Shown: positions 26,090 through 38,586 of the stretch, piece by piece
Layout of the letters: every line of letters starts with the position of its first letter
Numbering within the stretch: position 1 is the stretch's first letter
Source of the DNA: Tubiluchus corallicola
Lineage: Eukaryota; Animalia; Priapulida
Length of the DNA: 64,000 nt
Assembly (NCBI GenBank): GCA_030141605.1
Contig: JAQGDQ010002367.1
Span: 434,001-498,000 of the forward strand
Reading direction: 5' to 3'
Translations under genes and position numbers: made by a program
The notes under the pieces: model-generated
The model's database searches: none
What the model saw: the letters and a program-made list of their open reading frames with translations, nothing else
What the model was told of the DNA's origin: nothing

Positions 26090-27886
26090 CACGTCGCAGT
26101 TATCTTCTATCCGGTAAACAATTCTAGAATCATCGTTTTGTTATAAGAATGCTTAGCTCACTTTTGTTATTTATGAAATTATCAAGCAATGTTATACAGT
26201 AACTCATTATATATTGCATATCATTAAGTGAAACCGCATTTAAATGTGTATCATATAGCAAACTGTGTATCCACTTTTATTAGTAAATTAAGTTTCGAGC
26301 TTAAACTGCGTTGGCTTATTAACTCGACGTTTTGACATTCTAATGTCATTTTTTGAAAAAATATTAATTCTAAAGAATTGCAAGTTTTGCAAGATAGTCT
26401 TAGTGTGAAAATTTTGTTTTTCTGTAGTATTATCAACTTCTTTATTAAATCAAGTGTTAAACAAGTAAATTTGTTGTTTTTTCTGCTTACACTTGCTAAT
26501 ATTGCATATTTAGATCAATGGTAATAAATAGTAAGCAGTAGTCCATAATGCGTACTAGCTTTTGAAAAAATTAAATTATCCAGAAGTAATGATTTTAAAA
26601 GTTATTGTTCAAAGAACTATTTTTTAAACTGAATCATAAAACTTTGATCTTGCTTTGATCAAAATAACATATAAAACATTGAAAATGATAAGCTGCTAGT
26701 GAGAAAAACATGTTACGCATCTTCATTGAACTAACTATACCCCTCTACATTGTTTTTGCACCAGCTGTACATCTGGCCTTTTAGTTACTGGAATTGTTAT
26801 TCTCTCAATGACAATTTGTTTTTATATTTTAGTACATGTATTTCAACAACCCATTTTCAGTTGTATGATTGAAATTACAGTTTAAGGTTCACATTATTTT
26901 GGAACAGATTACCATTTTTAGTTGTTACTTTAAAAAGTGATTTTTTTACTACATCGTATTATTCAAATGTTCACAGTATAAATAAGGATATGGCATTTAG
27001 TGAGTCGTGTTTTATATTTGTGGATGTACATTAAATTTCCGTTTGGTCTGTATACTGTGTTTTGTTTGTACTACAATGTTAAAAATGCTTAGAATCTGGT
27101 ATGTTGTACAAAAGAAATGCCTACTGGAAAATATTATTTTGATGGTTTTGAAATTTTATAACGATTACGGAATTGCTTAGCTAAAAATATTCTATAATTA
27201 ATAGATTTTTATCACTTTTCACAGATAACTGCCATACATTGCCATGTGTTATTGTATTCAATAATGTATTTGCATTATTCACAATAAGACAGGATAATAG
27301 CTTTTGTCAATATGCCTCACTGACAAAGCAGTGAAAGCACAGTCATAAATATACCAAGATAGTCACATTTAGAAGTATTATACACTAGAAATTATTGTAT
27401 GTTAGGACAATAACGTATTAATAATTATCAGTAACGAAAGTTTATGTTATAAACATACAAAAATACACAAAGTTATAATAATGTACACCTATAATAGAAC
27501 ATGCCTTCATTTTAAGTAGATTGTTCACAATGTTTGCTACGCACATCATTGAAGCCATTACAAATTTACTTTAATTCCTGTGTAACATTTTGTAGAGGCC
27601 AATAAAAGAAGAGAAACGTGGTATTGTGCGTTTTTGACCTATTTGTTTTTAAGATGATGGCGTTGAACTTTTAATAATTATATTATATGCGATTTTTTTC
27701 ATTTTGTTAGTTTTACACTTATTTTCAGTACAGTCTAATCCAAGGTTGTACATTGTTAATGTGGTAGACTTGACTGGATTCTCAAAGGGAAAATGATTCA
27801 ACAGTATACATGGTGATCCTAACAATATTTTCTATCACTGTACAAAAAACTTATGTTATAGGACTGTCAGTGTATGTCTAGAGATT

Positions 27887-28921
27887 CTAAAAATTGTCAT
27901 CACCCAAGTCAATATACACATCATAAGCCTCACGATTACAGTTGCCATCTTGTGTAAATACATATTTATGAAACGTTCCATTAACACAAATTGCATACAC
28001 ACTACTACCCGAGCCGAAAGCACAGATGCATGCCCGTTCTGCTGCCACTGTAAAACTGGCCAGACCCCACTGAGACTCCACGTATGTACCAAGAAACCCC
28101 ATCTTCTGGAAGGTGGATCTTCTATTTAACAGTGTATTTTCAAGTGCAAAAACATGAACAGTACCTTTATCACTGGAACTACATAGATATGAGGAGTCAT
28201 TGCTAAAACTGATGCAGTACACTGTAGCTGGATCAGCACCACGTCGCAACTCTGCAAGCTGTGTCTTCTTAGCCAGGTCAAATACTCGTATAAGAGTGCC
28301 TTTACGAGAAGCAGTGGCCACCTTTGTGCCTTGGTGGTTAACAGCAATGCATGCAATTTCACTCTGATGTGCTTTGATGGTTACCGGAGCTGACGATGCA
28401 TCGGGCTCTAATTTGTTGAGGTCAACAATCTGCAGGCTACCACACTTATGACCGGGAAACACCATGATTGGCTTGTCTTGCAGAGGGCAAATTTCACAGA
28501 GTCCTCTCGGATTGTCTCTAGTATCTATCGTTAACAGTTTCTTGGGATCTTGCGGGAAACTAAAAATATGTATTTGATTGCGAATGACCACAACCATTTT
28601 CTCCTTGCGAAGCCGGATGGATATGACAGGTAAAGTGAAGGTAAACTCTAAAACAAATTTCTTTTCCAAATCGTCCCAAATCAATACGGTATTTTCAGCA
28701 TATTTTGGAATAGCACCACCACCAACTATTGCTATCAGGTTTGTCCTATGCAACATTTCTACAATTCCAAGGCTACCAACAGTTGCAACATCTAATCGCT
28801 TCTTCTCCACTAGAGGTTCAACATTGTAGATACGAAGCCCCGTCTCCATAGCACACGTAAAACAAGAATGGTCACTATTGAATTGTAAGCTTAATACATT
28901 AGATCCACTGTGAACACTCAT
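27887..28921 (-). CDS. WDR45: WD repeat protein 45 / WIPI4 (PROPPIN, ATG18 family), single coding exon
   Basis: Uninterrupted 344-aa ORF. The N-terminus [24 protein letters not shown]...VEMLHRTN matches WDR45. It has the phosphoinositide-binding LRRG motif (ELRRGADPA), [10 protein letters not shown], and a C-terminal [20 protein letters not shown]. Confidence 0.96.
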   Translation of the reverse strand: MSVHSGSNVLSLQFNSDHSCFTCAMETGLRIYNVEPLVEKKRLDVATVGSLGIVEMLHRTNLIAIVGGGAIPKYAENTVLIWDDLEKKFVLEFTFTLPVISIRLRKEKMVVVIRNQIHIFSFPQDPKKLLTIDTRDNPRGLCEICPLQDKPIMVFPGHKCGSLQIVDLNKLEPDASSAPVTIKAHQSEIACIAVNHQGTKVATASRKGTLIRVFDLAKKTQLAELRRGADPATVYCISFSNDSSYLCSSSDKGTVHVFALENTLLNRRSTFQKMGFLGTYVESQWGLASFTVAAERACICAFGSGSSVYAICVNGTFHKYVFTQDGNCNREAYDVYIDLGDDNF

Positions 28922-29489
28922 GATGCAACCCTGGTAGCAAAAGGCAGATTGACGATTTCAAACTAGACAAAAAAAAAGAAAACAAAACATCTTTAGGTAA
29001 ATCTAAAACAGATCTTTGCATTAAATTTCAAGCTCAGATTTAATTTTGTAAATTTTGAACAATCCTTTACAATTCCTAACAAGTATTTTTCCAAACAAAT
29101 GCCAGGCTTACAATCTCGTTATTCCTATAATTAAAGCATCAGCTACCAATGTTTACTCCATCACTCCATTTATTAATTAATATAATTTACCAGTACCCCA
29201 GCACTACAGTTTGACTCTAGTTTGTAATATAATACCAGTTAATTTATTGAGTTTGACTAGCATATTTTTCAAGTAATTGGTTTTGACCTATCCACAAAGT
29301 ACAATACTTGTTTTCGATATGGTTTCTCTGTCTTCCCCATTTATGTTGTGTACTAATAATCATCAATCAGTTTAAAACTACACTCACAATGTTTTCTCCT
29401 CTTAATTAAAGATTTCTTCATTTTTTTCGCTTAGTGCGTTATAGTTAGTGTGTGTTTTATATTTGGAAACTTCAATTTTCCAATCTGTG

Positions 29490-31860
29490 GCACCTGGCAC
29501 CAATTGGAAAATCAGATCATGATGTTGTAAAGATAGGCATTTACGTGCCAGGAGGCATTTTCAGCAACGAATCTACGGAATGCCAACCTAAAAATTTTTT
29601 TAAATTTAACCTCAAAAATGGCAACTATGATGCCCTCAGACAAAACTTGCAGACTGGAACATCCAGCTACATTGCAGCATCAAATAGGTCTGGTTAAAAT
29701 TCAAAAATATACTTCTGGAAGCTATGCAAGAACATATACCAAAAATCAATTATAGGTGCAAAGATGATATACTGCACCCATTGTGGAACAAGAACATTGA
29801 TAAGTTGGTAACTCAGAAAGAAAGAGTGTGGAAGAGGTATCTCTACTGCAAAACTGACCAAAACTGGCTAACTTATACAGAATGCAATGAAGAATTAAAT
29901 AATCTCATAACAGATGCACAATAAAAATACGAAAATAAACTGTCAATGGAGTTTAAGGATAACCCTAAGACATTCTGGATGTATGGTATATTAAGAGAAG
30001 AGCACATGATGACAACATCAGCATCCCAAACTTTAATAGGCAAGCATAATGTGAGTCAAACAGAAGGCACAGTTGCTCAATGCATTTTTCTGTTCAGTAT
30101 ATACTATTGAAGATATGTCAACATTTCTTGTAATAGTGCAAAAACAGTGAATAACTCAGCACTTCAAGACATTTATGTTACAGAATCCGAACTACTGTCA
30201 ATATTAAAGATGAAACCATACGAAGTTGCAGGACCAAACAATATCTTTTCTAGGCCAGTCTTAGAATCTCTACATGAGGTAGTGCATGCCCTTCAGTTAA
30301 TAGTCAGCAATTCTATTAAGACTGGAGAAATTCCACACGACTGGAAGATAGCAACTATAATGCCTCTGCAAAGAAAAGAACCAAGGATGTCCCGGACAAT
30401 TACAGGTCTAAAGCTTAACTTCGGTTATCGGTAAAATATTAGAAACTATAATCAAGAACGTAATACTGGAACAATTTTTTGCTAATAATCGCTTCAACCA
30501 TTGTCAACATGGATTTTTAAAAGGGCGTTCTTGTATAACAAATCTGCTGGAAACAATAACGGAATGGTCAACCTTGCAGCAGCTGTCATATACATAGATT
30601 TCTGCAAACCATTTGATACAGTTTCTCACACAAGATTGATGGTTAAATTGGAAAGTTATGGAGTTAAAGGTAACATACTGAACTGTGTGAAGAAGTTTCC
30701 TAAAAGCACAGAAGTCAGAAAGTGAAAGTCAATAACAAGTATTCAGAATGGTCAGATTTAACAGTGGAGTTGTTGTGGGAGCAGTACTTGGATCATTGCT
30801 GCTTTTAATCTATGTTACTGACATCTTCGAAATTCCCTGCAGTCCAATCCTTCTCTTTGTGGATGGTAAATTTTACAGAATTCAGCAATCAGAGCAATAT
30901 CACAGCATTCTTCAAAAAGACATTTTCCATCTCTACAATTGGTGTGAACAGTTTCAAATGAGATTCAAACCATCAGTGTCATGTACTACACATAAACAGC
31001 AACAAGATGGAAATACCATGTGTGAATTTGGACCTGTACAAGTCGTATATGTGGACCTTTAATTTGCTTTTCCAAACTTTCCTTTGACAAACATATTTTT
31101 GAAAAGGTAAAAACTCCAAAAGGACAATACTCAAAACTTTTAGATTCATGGACAGTAATAGGCTTAGAACTATAAAGGCTAACTAATATTTATATATTTT
31201 AGTCAGACCTCATCTGGAGTATGCAACTGTAGTATCGGTAATTCAAGCGATTCACAGCGGCTATTCTAATATTTCTATCAGGCTCCTGTATATCCACATC
31301 ATAAAGGAGCAAGCCAAAAAGAAAACTGTATCCTGTTACGCTGTTGTTCTTACACCTCTACATTAAGCCCCATAATTTCTCTAAATTTTATCAGTTGATG
31401 CAAGCATTGATTCTTATAGAGTCCCATATATAGAGTCCACATCTTGTATGTCATCGCAAAGCTATTGATGCAATACAGCAAAGGGCCACCAAATCAGTCC
31501 TAGGATTAAAGGATATGAAATATTCAGAAAGACTACGACTACTCAATATCCGATCCTTAGAATTCAGAAGGAAAAGAACTGCTCTACTGCAAACATGTTG
31601 TTCTCTACATAGCATAGACAAATCCAGTAAAGATCTATTAATACCTGATGAGAGGATAGGAATTGCCAGGAATCTATGAGGTCACGATAGGAAACTGTTA
31701 AAACAACGAGCCAATACCACTAGACACTCAAAATTATATAAGCATAGAGTGGTTAATGATTGGAACAATCTCCCAGCGGAGCTAGTAGAGGCCCTATCGA
31801 TAAATAAGTCTGATTTGGCTAAATTTTACAGTGACCGCCAATACCAGTACACTTAAATTG
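29490..31860 (+). mobile_element. Decayed CR1-like LINE ORF2 (end of APE, RT, C-terminus)
   Basis: Frameshifted fragments read PIGKSDH (APE end), NPKTFW, IPHDWKIATI, QHGF..GRSCITNLL, YIDFCKPFDTVSH, SGV..GAVLGSLL, VRPHLEYATVV, YSERLRLLN, GHDRKL, RVVNDWNNLP. Many stops. Confidence 0.88.
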
Positions 31861-31977
31861 GATCTGGATGAGCTTTGTACTGCTCACCACCCAGGTGACA
31901 ATAATTTTATGAAGCTCAGTCTAGTCAACAATAGGTAAACAAGTCAGACACAAAAAGTAAAACTTATAAAACTAGTC

Positions 31978-32696
31978 TGTTGGGCACCGAGTAATCCACT
32001 AGCCGAAGTAGGACAGTTGGCGTACATGGGCTGCCCAAGTAGGACACTAAGACAGGTCACAAATTGAGTCGTTAACCGTACTGGCAGCACCCGTTGTTCT
32101 TGATTATTTAATAATAATAATAATTTAAAATGTCAAAAACATTGAATAATTTATTATACATCTGGTAAAATAAAAGAATCTTATTTTGAGTTAGTAAAAT
32201 GGCCAATATTAAATTTGGCTTCGATATTAATGTTTTTATAGTGAAATAAGCCCACTTCTTAGGCGATTCCAACATTTGCTTAAGGTATATCATTTGTATT
32301 TGTCTCGCTTCACAGACAGGTGATCCGTTTCACTTGCTCTTGGACAAATAATTGTTTTCTACTAAGTAAACGAACTAGCGAGCTATGTGCCATACATAGT
32401 TTCTCTATTTAAAGTATTAGACACTTAGTTTAATGTTATGATGAAGTTATAGGAGCTAATAATGATGATGATATTATTGTAAAAAATACGTTGTAAATTG
32501 TCAAGGAGATCCATCATTATTATGAAGTTAATTTTTCTGAAACAAATTTAGTTTTACGTTTCATTATCTTATAATTCTCGACAGAAATCGCCAGTATCCT
32601 ACTTGGGCTGCCCATGTACGACACTGCTTTTCCACAAATTTAGCACATTTTAACGGAAGTGTCCTACTTCGGTTAGTGACTTACTCGGCGCCCACA
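31978..32696. mobile_element. MITE-like element, copy 1
   Basis: Imperfect TIRs of about 37 bp (tgttgggcaccgagtaatccactagccgaagtaggaca / tgtcctacttcggttagtgacttactcggcgcccaca). Subterminal inverted cgtacatgggctgcccaagtagga. AT-rich non-coding interior. Confidence 0.8.
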
Positions 32697-32719
32697 TGGT
32701 GTAACAAAATAGTCTACGT

Positions 32720-33497
32720 TGTTGGGAGCGGAGTAGGACATCAGCCGAAGTAGGACTACTCGCGTACATGGGCTAGCTCAAGTAGGACGCGTAGTACATG
32801 GACTGCCCAAGTAGGGCACTAGAGACAGGTCACGAATTGAGTCGTTAACCGTACTGGCAGCGTCAGTTGTAATTGTTTATTTAATAATAATAATAATAAT
32901 AATAATAATTGAAAACGTCAATACACGTTGAATAATTTATATACATCTGATAAAGAATCTTATTCTGAGTTAGTAGAACAGCCAATATCAAATTTGGCTT
33001 TGCTATTAATCTTTTTAAAATAAAATAAATTCGCTTTTTAGGCAATTGTAACATTTTGCTTAAGGTATTATCATTTTTTATTTTGTCTCGTTTCACAGAT
33101 ATGTGATACTTTTCACTACCTCTTGGACAAATAATTGTTTTCCATTAAGTAAATGGGCTAGCGAGCTATGTGTCCTACATAGTTTCTCTTTTTAAAGTAT
33201 TAGATATTTAGTTTAATATATGATGATATTAATGGAGCTAATAATAATGATGATATTATTGTAAAAAAATACATTTGTAAATTGTCACGGACTATCCGTC
33301 GTTATTATAAAGTTACTTTTTTCTGAAACAAATTTAGTTTTACATTTTATTACGTCATAAATATCGATTCTCGACAGGAATCGCCAATGTCCTACTTGGG
33401 CTGTCCATGTACGACTGTACGACACAGCTTTTTCGCAAATTTAGCACATGGGTTTTAGCGGAAGTGTTCTACTTCAGCTAATGGCGTACTCCGCGCT
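32720..33497. mobile_element. MITE-like element, copy 2 (direct tandem with copy 1)
   Basis: Colinear with 31978-32696 along its whole length (e.g. aattgagtcgttaaccgtactggcagc, tcttggacaaataattgttt), with the same TIR and subterminal motifs. Confidence 0.8.
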
Positions 33498-33574
33498 TTG
33501 CATTTGCTTGTCTGTTTGAAGAAACGTTTGCCATATTTTATTTCATTTCAGAGCTCTGCAGTTCTGCCTAGATG

Positions 33575-34095
33575 GCAAAGATGCAAGTATCTCGGTAGTC
33601 TGCTGGCAACAGAAAATGACATATCAAGACGGAAGATAATGGCATTATCAGCTTACTCAAAACTCACAAAAGTTTTTGAGAATAGGAAGATTTCTTTGGA
33701 AACAAAAATTAGCCTTAGTTATTCTCAGTCTTAGTTGAAACTGTATTTCTGTATAACTCTGAGCTCTGGACATTAAAAGCAAATCATACAGCTGAAAGTG
33801 ATGCGTTTCAAAGGGTATTAGATGGCCAAAGAAAATTTCTATATAAGACGCCGTTTAAGATGGATTGGGCATATGCTTAGATTACCTGATAATATTCCAG
33901 TGAAGATAGCTCTTCAACAAGCCATAGAACCAGCTAAAAAACCTGCAGGAGGACAAATGATAACATATTTAGGTTTTGCACAGAAAGATTTAAACACTTC
34001 AGCATTAATCCTTAGAGATAAATCCAGTTAGGGCATTGCGGCGAGCAGGGAGTCCTGGCATAGGGAGGTGAGCAGAATCATGTCCGTGGACGTAT
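33575..34095 (+). mobile_element. RTE-clade-like non-LTR retrotransposon 3' fragment
   Basis: Translations read KYLGS...DISRR, ISLETK, FLYNSELWTL, RRLRWIGHMLRLP, and a terminal AASRESWHR-like motif. These are typical of the RTE-type RT C-terminus. Frameshifted. Confidence 0.75.
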
Positions 34096-34281
34096 GATTC
34101 ATTGGATGATAATGAGTTCTGCCTAATGTCTAAGGGTTTGTTGGGTCTCCCTGTTTTGATGGACTTGATGAACTTAATTTTGGACGCAATGGACGTGAGT
34201 TGAATTACTAAACTGATGGACCTTTCTTCCAAAGTCCAAGAGACCTAACCACAACACGGGTTATTGGCGGTCTCTCCTCAA

Positions 34282-37200
34282 CAGTGAATTCCAAGGGCCC
34301 ACAACACGAGAAGACAAAAAATGAGCTCTGATATTAGTGCGAGAGTACTGCACAAATAATTTAAAATTGTGTCCATGTAAATCACGTAGTGGTCTAGAAA
34401 AAATTTATCACTGCGCAAAATCGAATTACCACTGATGACTTTATAACAGTTCACTGATGACTTTATAACAGTTGATAAGATCTATAGTATCACGGCGTTG
34501 TTCAAGAGAAGATACAGAGTCAGGCTGAATATCAGAGGCCAGACTAATGCATTTCCACTGCTGAGTTTTTTTAAGCATTTTTAAGATTAACATACTGTTG
34601 TGACCAAACAACGCACGCATATTCCAGTATTGGCCTAACTACAGCCTTATAAAGAGGAACAATAGCTTTTGCACTACGTGATGAATTGCAGTGTTTTATC
34701 TTTCCAATGCGTCTATTGGCCTGAGAAATAATATGCTCAATATATGAATGCCACTTCAGGTTGTTTGAGATTAATACACCTAAATCATGTATTACTGATT
34801 TTTCTTCAACAGCACCATCTCTCAGATAATAAGATATTGCAAAATTAGAACGAATATGAGGTGCGCTGCATTTACTACGTTTGAGGGACATTAACCAGTT
34901 GTCACACCACCGCTCAATTTCAGACAGGTCAGCTTGTAAGATCTCTTAATCAGAGGAATTTCTAATTGGCCGGTACGGTTTCATATCATCAACAAACAGT
35001 TGTATATGTGTGTCAGGGGATACACAATTAGTAACATCATTGATAAAAGGTCCAGACAAAGTCCCTTGAGGAATGCCACTGGCTACATTTTTCCAGGAAA
35101 TGGTTACACCATTTAAAACTACTCTTTGCTTTCTATGTGTTAGAAAGTAATGAAACCACTGGAGTACTTTCCCTCTTGTACCAGCAAATTCCATTTTCAA
35201 CATAAGACGACAAAGAGGAACGGAATAAAATGCTTTTCTAAAATCAATGATGGGAGAGAAGGGTCATCAAAGAATTGAGACCAGTCATTTAAGCATTCGA
35301 GAAGATTTGTTATTGTGGAGCGTTGTGCTAAAGAACCATGTTGATTATTATTGAATTGGCCAGAAAATAGGAGGAATTTTAGTATGTCATCCCACAAAAG
35401 AGCTTCAAAGCGTTTAGAGATAAAAGAAGGTAGAGAAATAGGGCGTAATTTGTCACATGTCAAGTTGGTGCTAGGTTTTTTGGGGATAGTGCTAACATTA
35501 CAATCTAACCAGTCCTGAGGGACTATAAAACACTCCAAGGATTTGCAAAGAAGAAAGAAGGTAATGAGAGTTGTAAGGCACATGATTTCAATATAAAACC
35601 TTGAACATTATCAGGGCCAACAGCTTTGAAAAGTTCAAGTTTGGAAAGTTTATCATAGACATCATTCACAGTAAATTCAACACAGGAAATACTGTCGTTA
35701 TTCTAAGACAAGAGAGTTGGAAAGGGACCATCATCAGGTTCATTAGTGTAGAAAGAAGCAAAAGAATCATTAATAGTATTAGCAACTGTGATAGGATCAG
35801 AAATAACATGCTGATGATTACTAATAGTAGTAATACGATTAGGAGGTTTAAGGAAATGTTTGCTATAACAGTAAAACTCTTATAATTCTTACTTTGTCGA
35901 TTTGCAAGACGCTCCTCATATCACAAGCGAGCAGAATATAAAGCCGATTTCAATTCCTGAGAGGAGTGAGTATATTCAGCATGAACACTGTTAAGATTAG
36001 AATAGTTCCATTTTGACCATAATTTGCATTTAAGAGCTCTTCAAAAAAAAATTATTAACGAAATTAATTTAGAACGATTAAAGTCACGCTAGGGTCTAGT
36101 TACAAGTTGTTGGTCATTGTACTCAACATCAAAACAAATGCTAGTGTCATGATCGCTAGTTGAAAATCCAAGGAGAGCAATTTACAATGAGTTCAGGACA
36201 ATTAGTTAAGACTAATTCTAGGCAACTGTTTTTGCGAGTAGGAAAATGAACTAACTGAGAATTAATGTAAAGAATTAATAAACATACACTCAACATCATT
36301 ATGAGGAACTGGGTCAGGCCATACTAATTTTGGAAAATTTAAATCACCGCAAATGATAACAGAATTTTGAGAGTAGATAGAAATAGCATGTTTAATTTCT
36401 TCAAATATATATTGATTTCAGAATAACCAAATGTATGAGTATAGTTATTGTTGCAAAATCTATATATGCAAGTAACACTAAGACTGTCTCGTGAAGAAGT
36501 TTTGAGTTCAACAGCAACAGTGACTTACACAGGAATTAGCACTGAAACATGATTTGACAATAATAGCCACACCACTGCAATTGACATAAGGAAAAACAGA
36601 GTGTCTATCACATCTAAAAATTGAGTAATTTTGAGGCCAAATTACACTATCATCTATATCTTCAGAAAACCAGGTTTCAGATAAGCATACAAAATCAGGT
36701 TTATAATTATTAATGAAATTGAACAAATCAGTAAATTTATTAACACAGCCATTGCAATTGAAGACAAAACCTTTGAGAGACGAACAGGAATATTGGTTAA
36801 GTCATTCATTATCAGAGATAGTAGCGTTAGCGTTCCGAAAGCGTTGTTTTCAGAAGTGCTGACATTTACGGGAAAGGTTTGATCATGACTATTAATTGCA
36901 GTAGTTTGGCAGTTCACAGGAGACAGATAACTGAAGGATGGATGAGTATAATGAACAGGAGTACTTGGTGGACAAATAAGTTTAGGGGTGAGTCCAGGAA
37001 TAAGATTTTCACTAGAATGGGCTGAGTGACTACTGACCAAGGTTGTCAGGTGACTATCAGTCAGAGAAGCCAATTTGGCAGTTTATAGAAGTTGAAGGAT
37101 AATTGACAAAGGGATGTATGCAAGTAACTGGAGTGCTAGGAGGACAAAGAGTAGAAGAAGTGAGACCAGGGATGAGGTTTTCATGAGGAGGGACCATATG

Positions 37201-38310
37201 TCTTTTCACCAAAGTCATCTGATTACAATCAGCCAGAAGACGGCTGCAATCAGGAGTGAAGCCAATGTAACTATCACGAAGAAATGGACTATTAGTAACT
37301 TGTTTAACTACATGGGTCGCGGGTAGAATAGCTTGACTTGTGTCAGGAGACAGGCGATAATAAAAAGAACTCGTCTGTAAACTAGTATCAACAGACGGAT
37401 GAGGTACTACATCATGAGTTTGATCCAGATTAGTGGCAGTACTGGGTAAAGCAAAAGAGCAACACTGTTGGGATGGTATAATAGTAAGATCAGGATTCAG
37501 GAGGGATTTGTTGCCATTCACATGATTGAGAGATAAAGTGCTTTCAGAACGTTGAGCTATTATTTCATGGCATTTACTCAAATGATTACAAACATCATGT
37601 CCACAAGCGTCACATGATTCAGGAGTACCTTTTATTGTGATTTCAATCAGGAAAAATCTATTGGGTAGTTTATTAATGATAATCTCACAAGCGTATTTGG
37701 TGCATAACATAATGATGGTTTTACCTTGTTTACCAATAACTCTGCCAACATCATGAGCATCAATTGTCACAACCTTTGATATTAACATATGACTTGAAGT
37801 AGAAAACTCACCATACTTGATAGAAAATGCCTCTAGAAATTGTCTATGACTACGTGTTTCACGCTCAAGGATAGTAAATCAGAAGTTACAAGGATGTTTT
37901 ATGCCAATCATCAAGGGACTTCAGCAAATGTTTATTTTGTAAAATGAAGTCAACTTTGGCTTTATCATCAAAACGAAGTAGGATAGGGCGAGTAACATTA
38001 TATTTGCATTAGCCTAATCGTCTCACAAGAACTGGGTCAGTCCAATGGCAGAAAGAATCAGTTGGCATTTATAGTTATCATCTTTTATTATCTTCCAGAT
38101 TTACCTTCCTTTTAACTTGCACCTTCTGCACTCCCGTTTTTCCGTATTGCCTGTTTGGCTCAGATTTTACAAGTTCAGCTTCCGATCTGACCTGATAATT
38201 GTCTGTGCTGCATTAATTGTTTGGCTGTATCTTATGTATTATTCTCTTATTATTTCTATAATTTCATTGTGCATTTTGTGTAAGATATTGTTAAATTGTA
38301 CTGTGCTCTT
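34282..38310 (-). mobile_element. Near full-length decayed CR1/L2-like LINE: ORF1 remnants, KH domain, linker, APE, RT
   Basis: 5' to 3' on the minus strand: ORF1-like remnants (EKRECRRC; VRRLG*..RPILLRFDDKAKVDFILQNKHLL; TSD-TILERETR); KH domain (37779-37579); S/P/T-rich linker; APE (SLKGFVFNCNG, PDFVCLSETW, IFRCDR, SGVAII, ICGDLNFP); RT (RPISL, QHG, TNLL, SGIPQG, LFVDDMK); C-terminus (VRPILEYACVVW, GHNFKL, RVVGPWNSL). The 5' boundary is approximate. Confidence 0.88.
37057..37788 (-). pseudogene. KH-domain-containing ORF inside the LINE
   Basis: 243-aa ORF. Residues about 4-70 (VTIDAHDVGRVIGKQGKTI...EIII...IEITIKGTPESC) fit the type I KH pattern with an intact GxxG loop. The frame stays open about 30 codons upstream, into the ORF1-type TILERETR motif. 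Confidence 0.7.
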
Positions 38311-38586
38311 GGAATAAATAAACAATAAACAATATAATGTTTAAATTGTCCCCAAAAAATGATAGGAAAACAATAGCAGTAAAGTTATACTTAGTCCAGT
38401 GATACTGATACTAATATTGATACATTGTCAAAAGCTGTAGCATAATAATAATGATGAATCGGATAAAACCAATGACCGCACATGTAGTTTTTACGTGCAT
38501 GTCATATAAAATTTATATAAAGACCTGATATTAAATTTATTTTTGATAGTTGCTTGTTTATTTTCATTTTAGATTATAAATGCAAA

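Noticed and set aside
38554-38586. ORF-track N-terminal extension of VPS41 from a non-ATG start
   Set aside because: It runs through a polypyrimidine tract and splice acceptor; the first ATG is at 38587.
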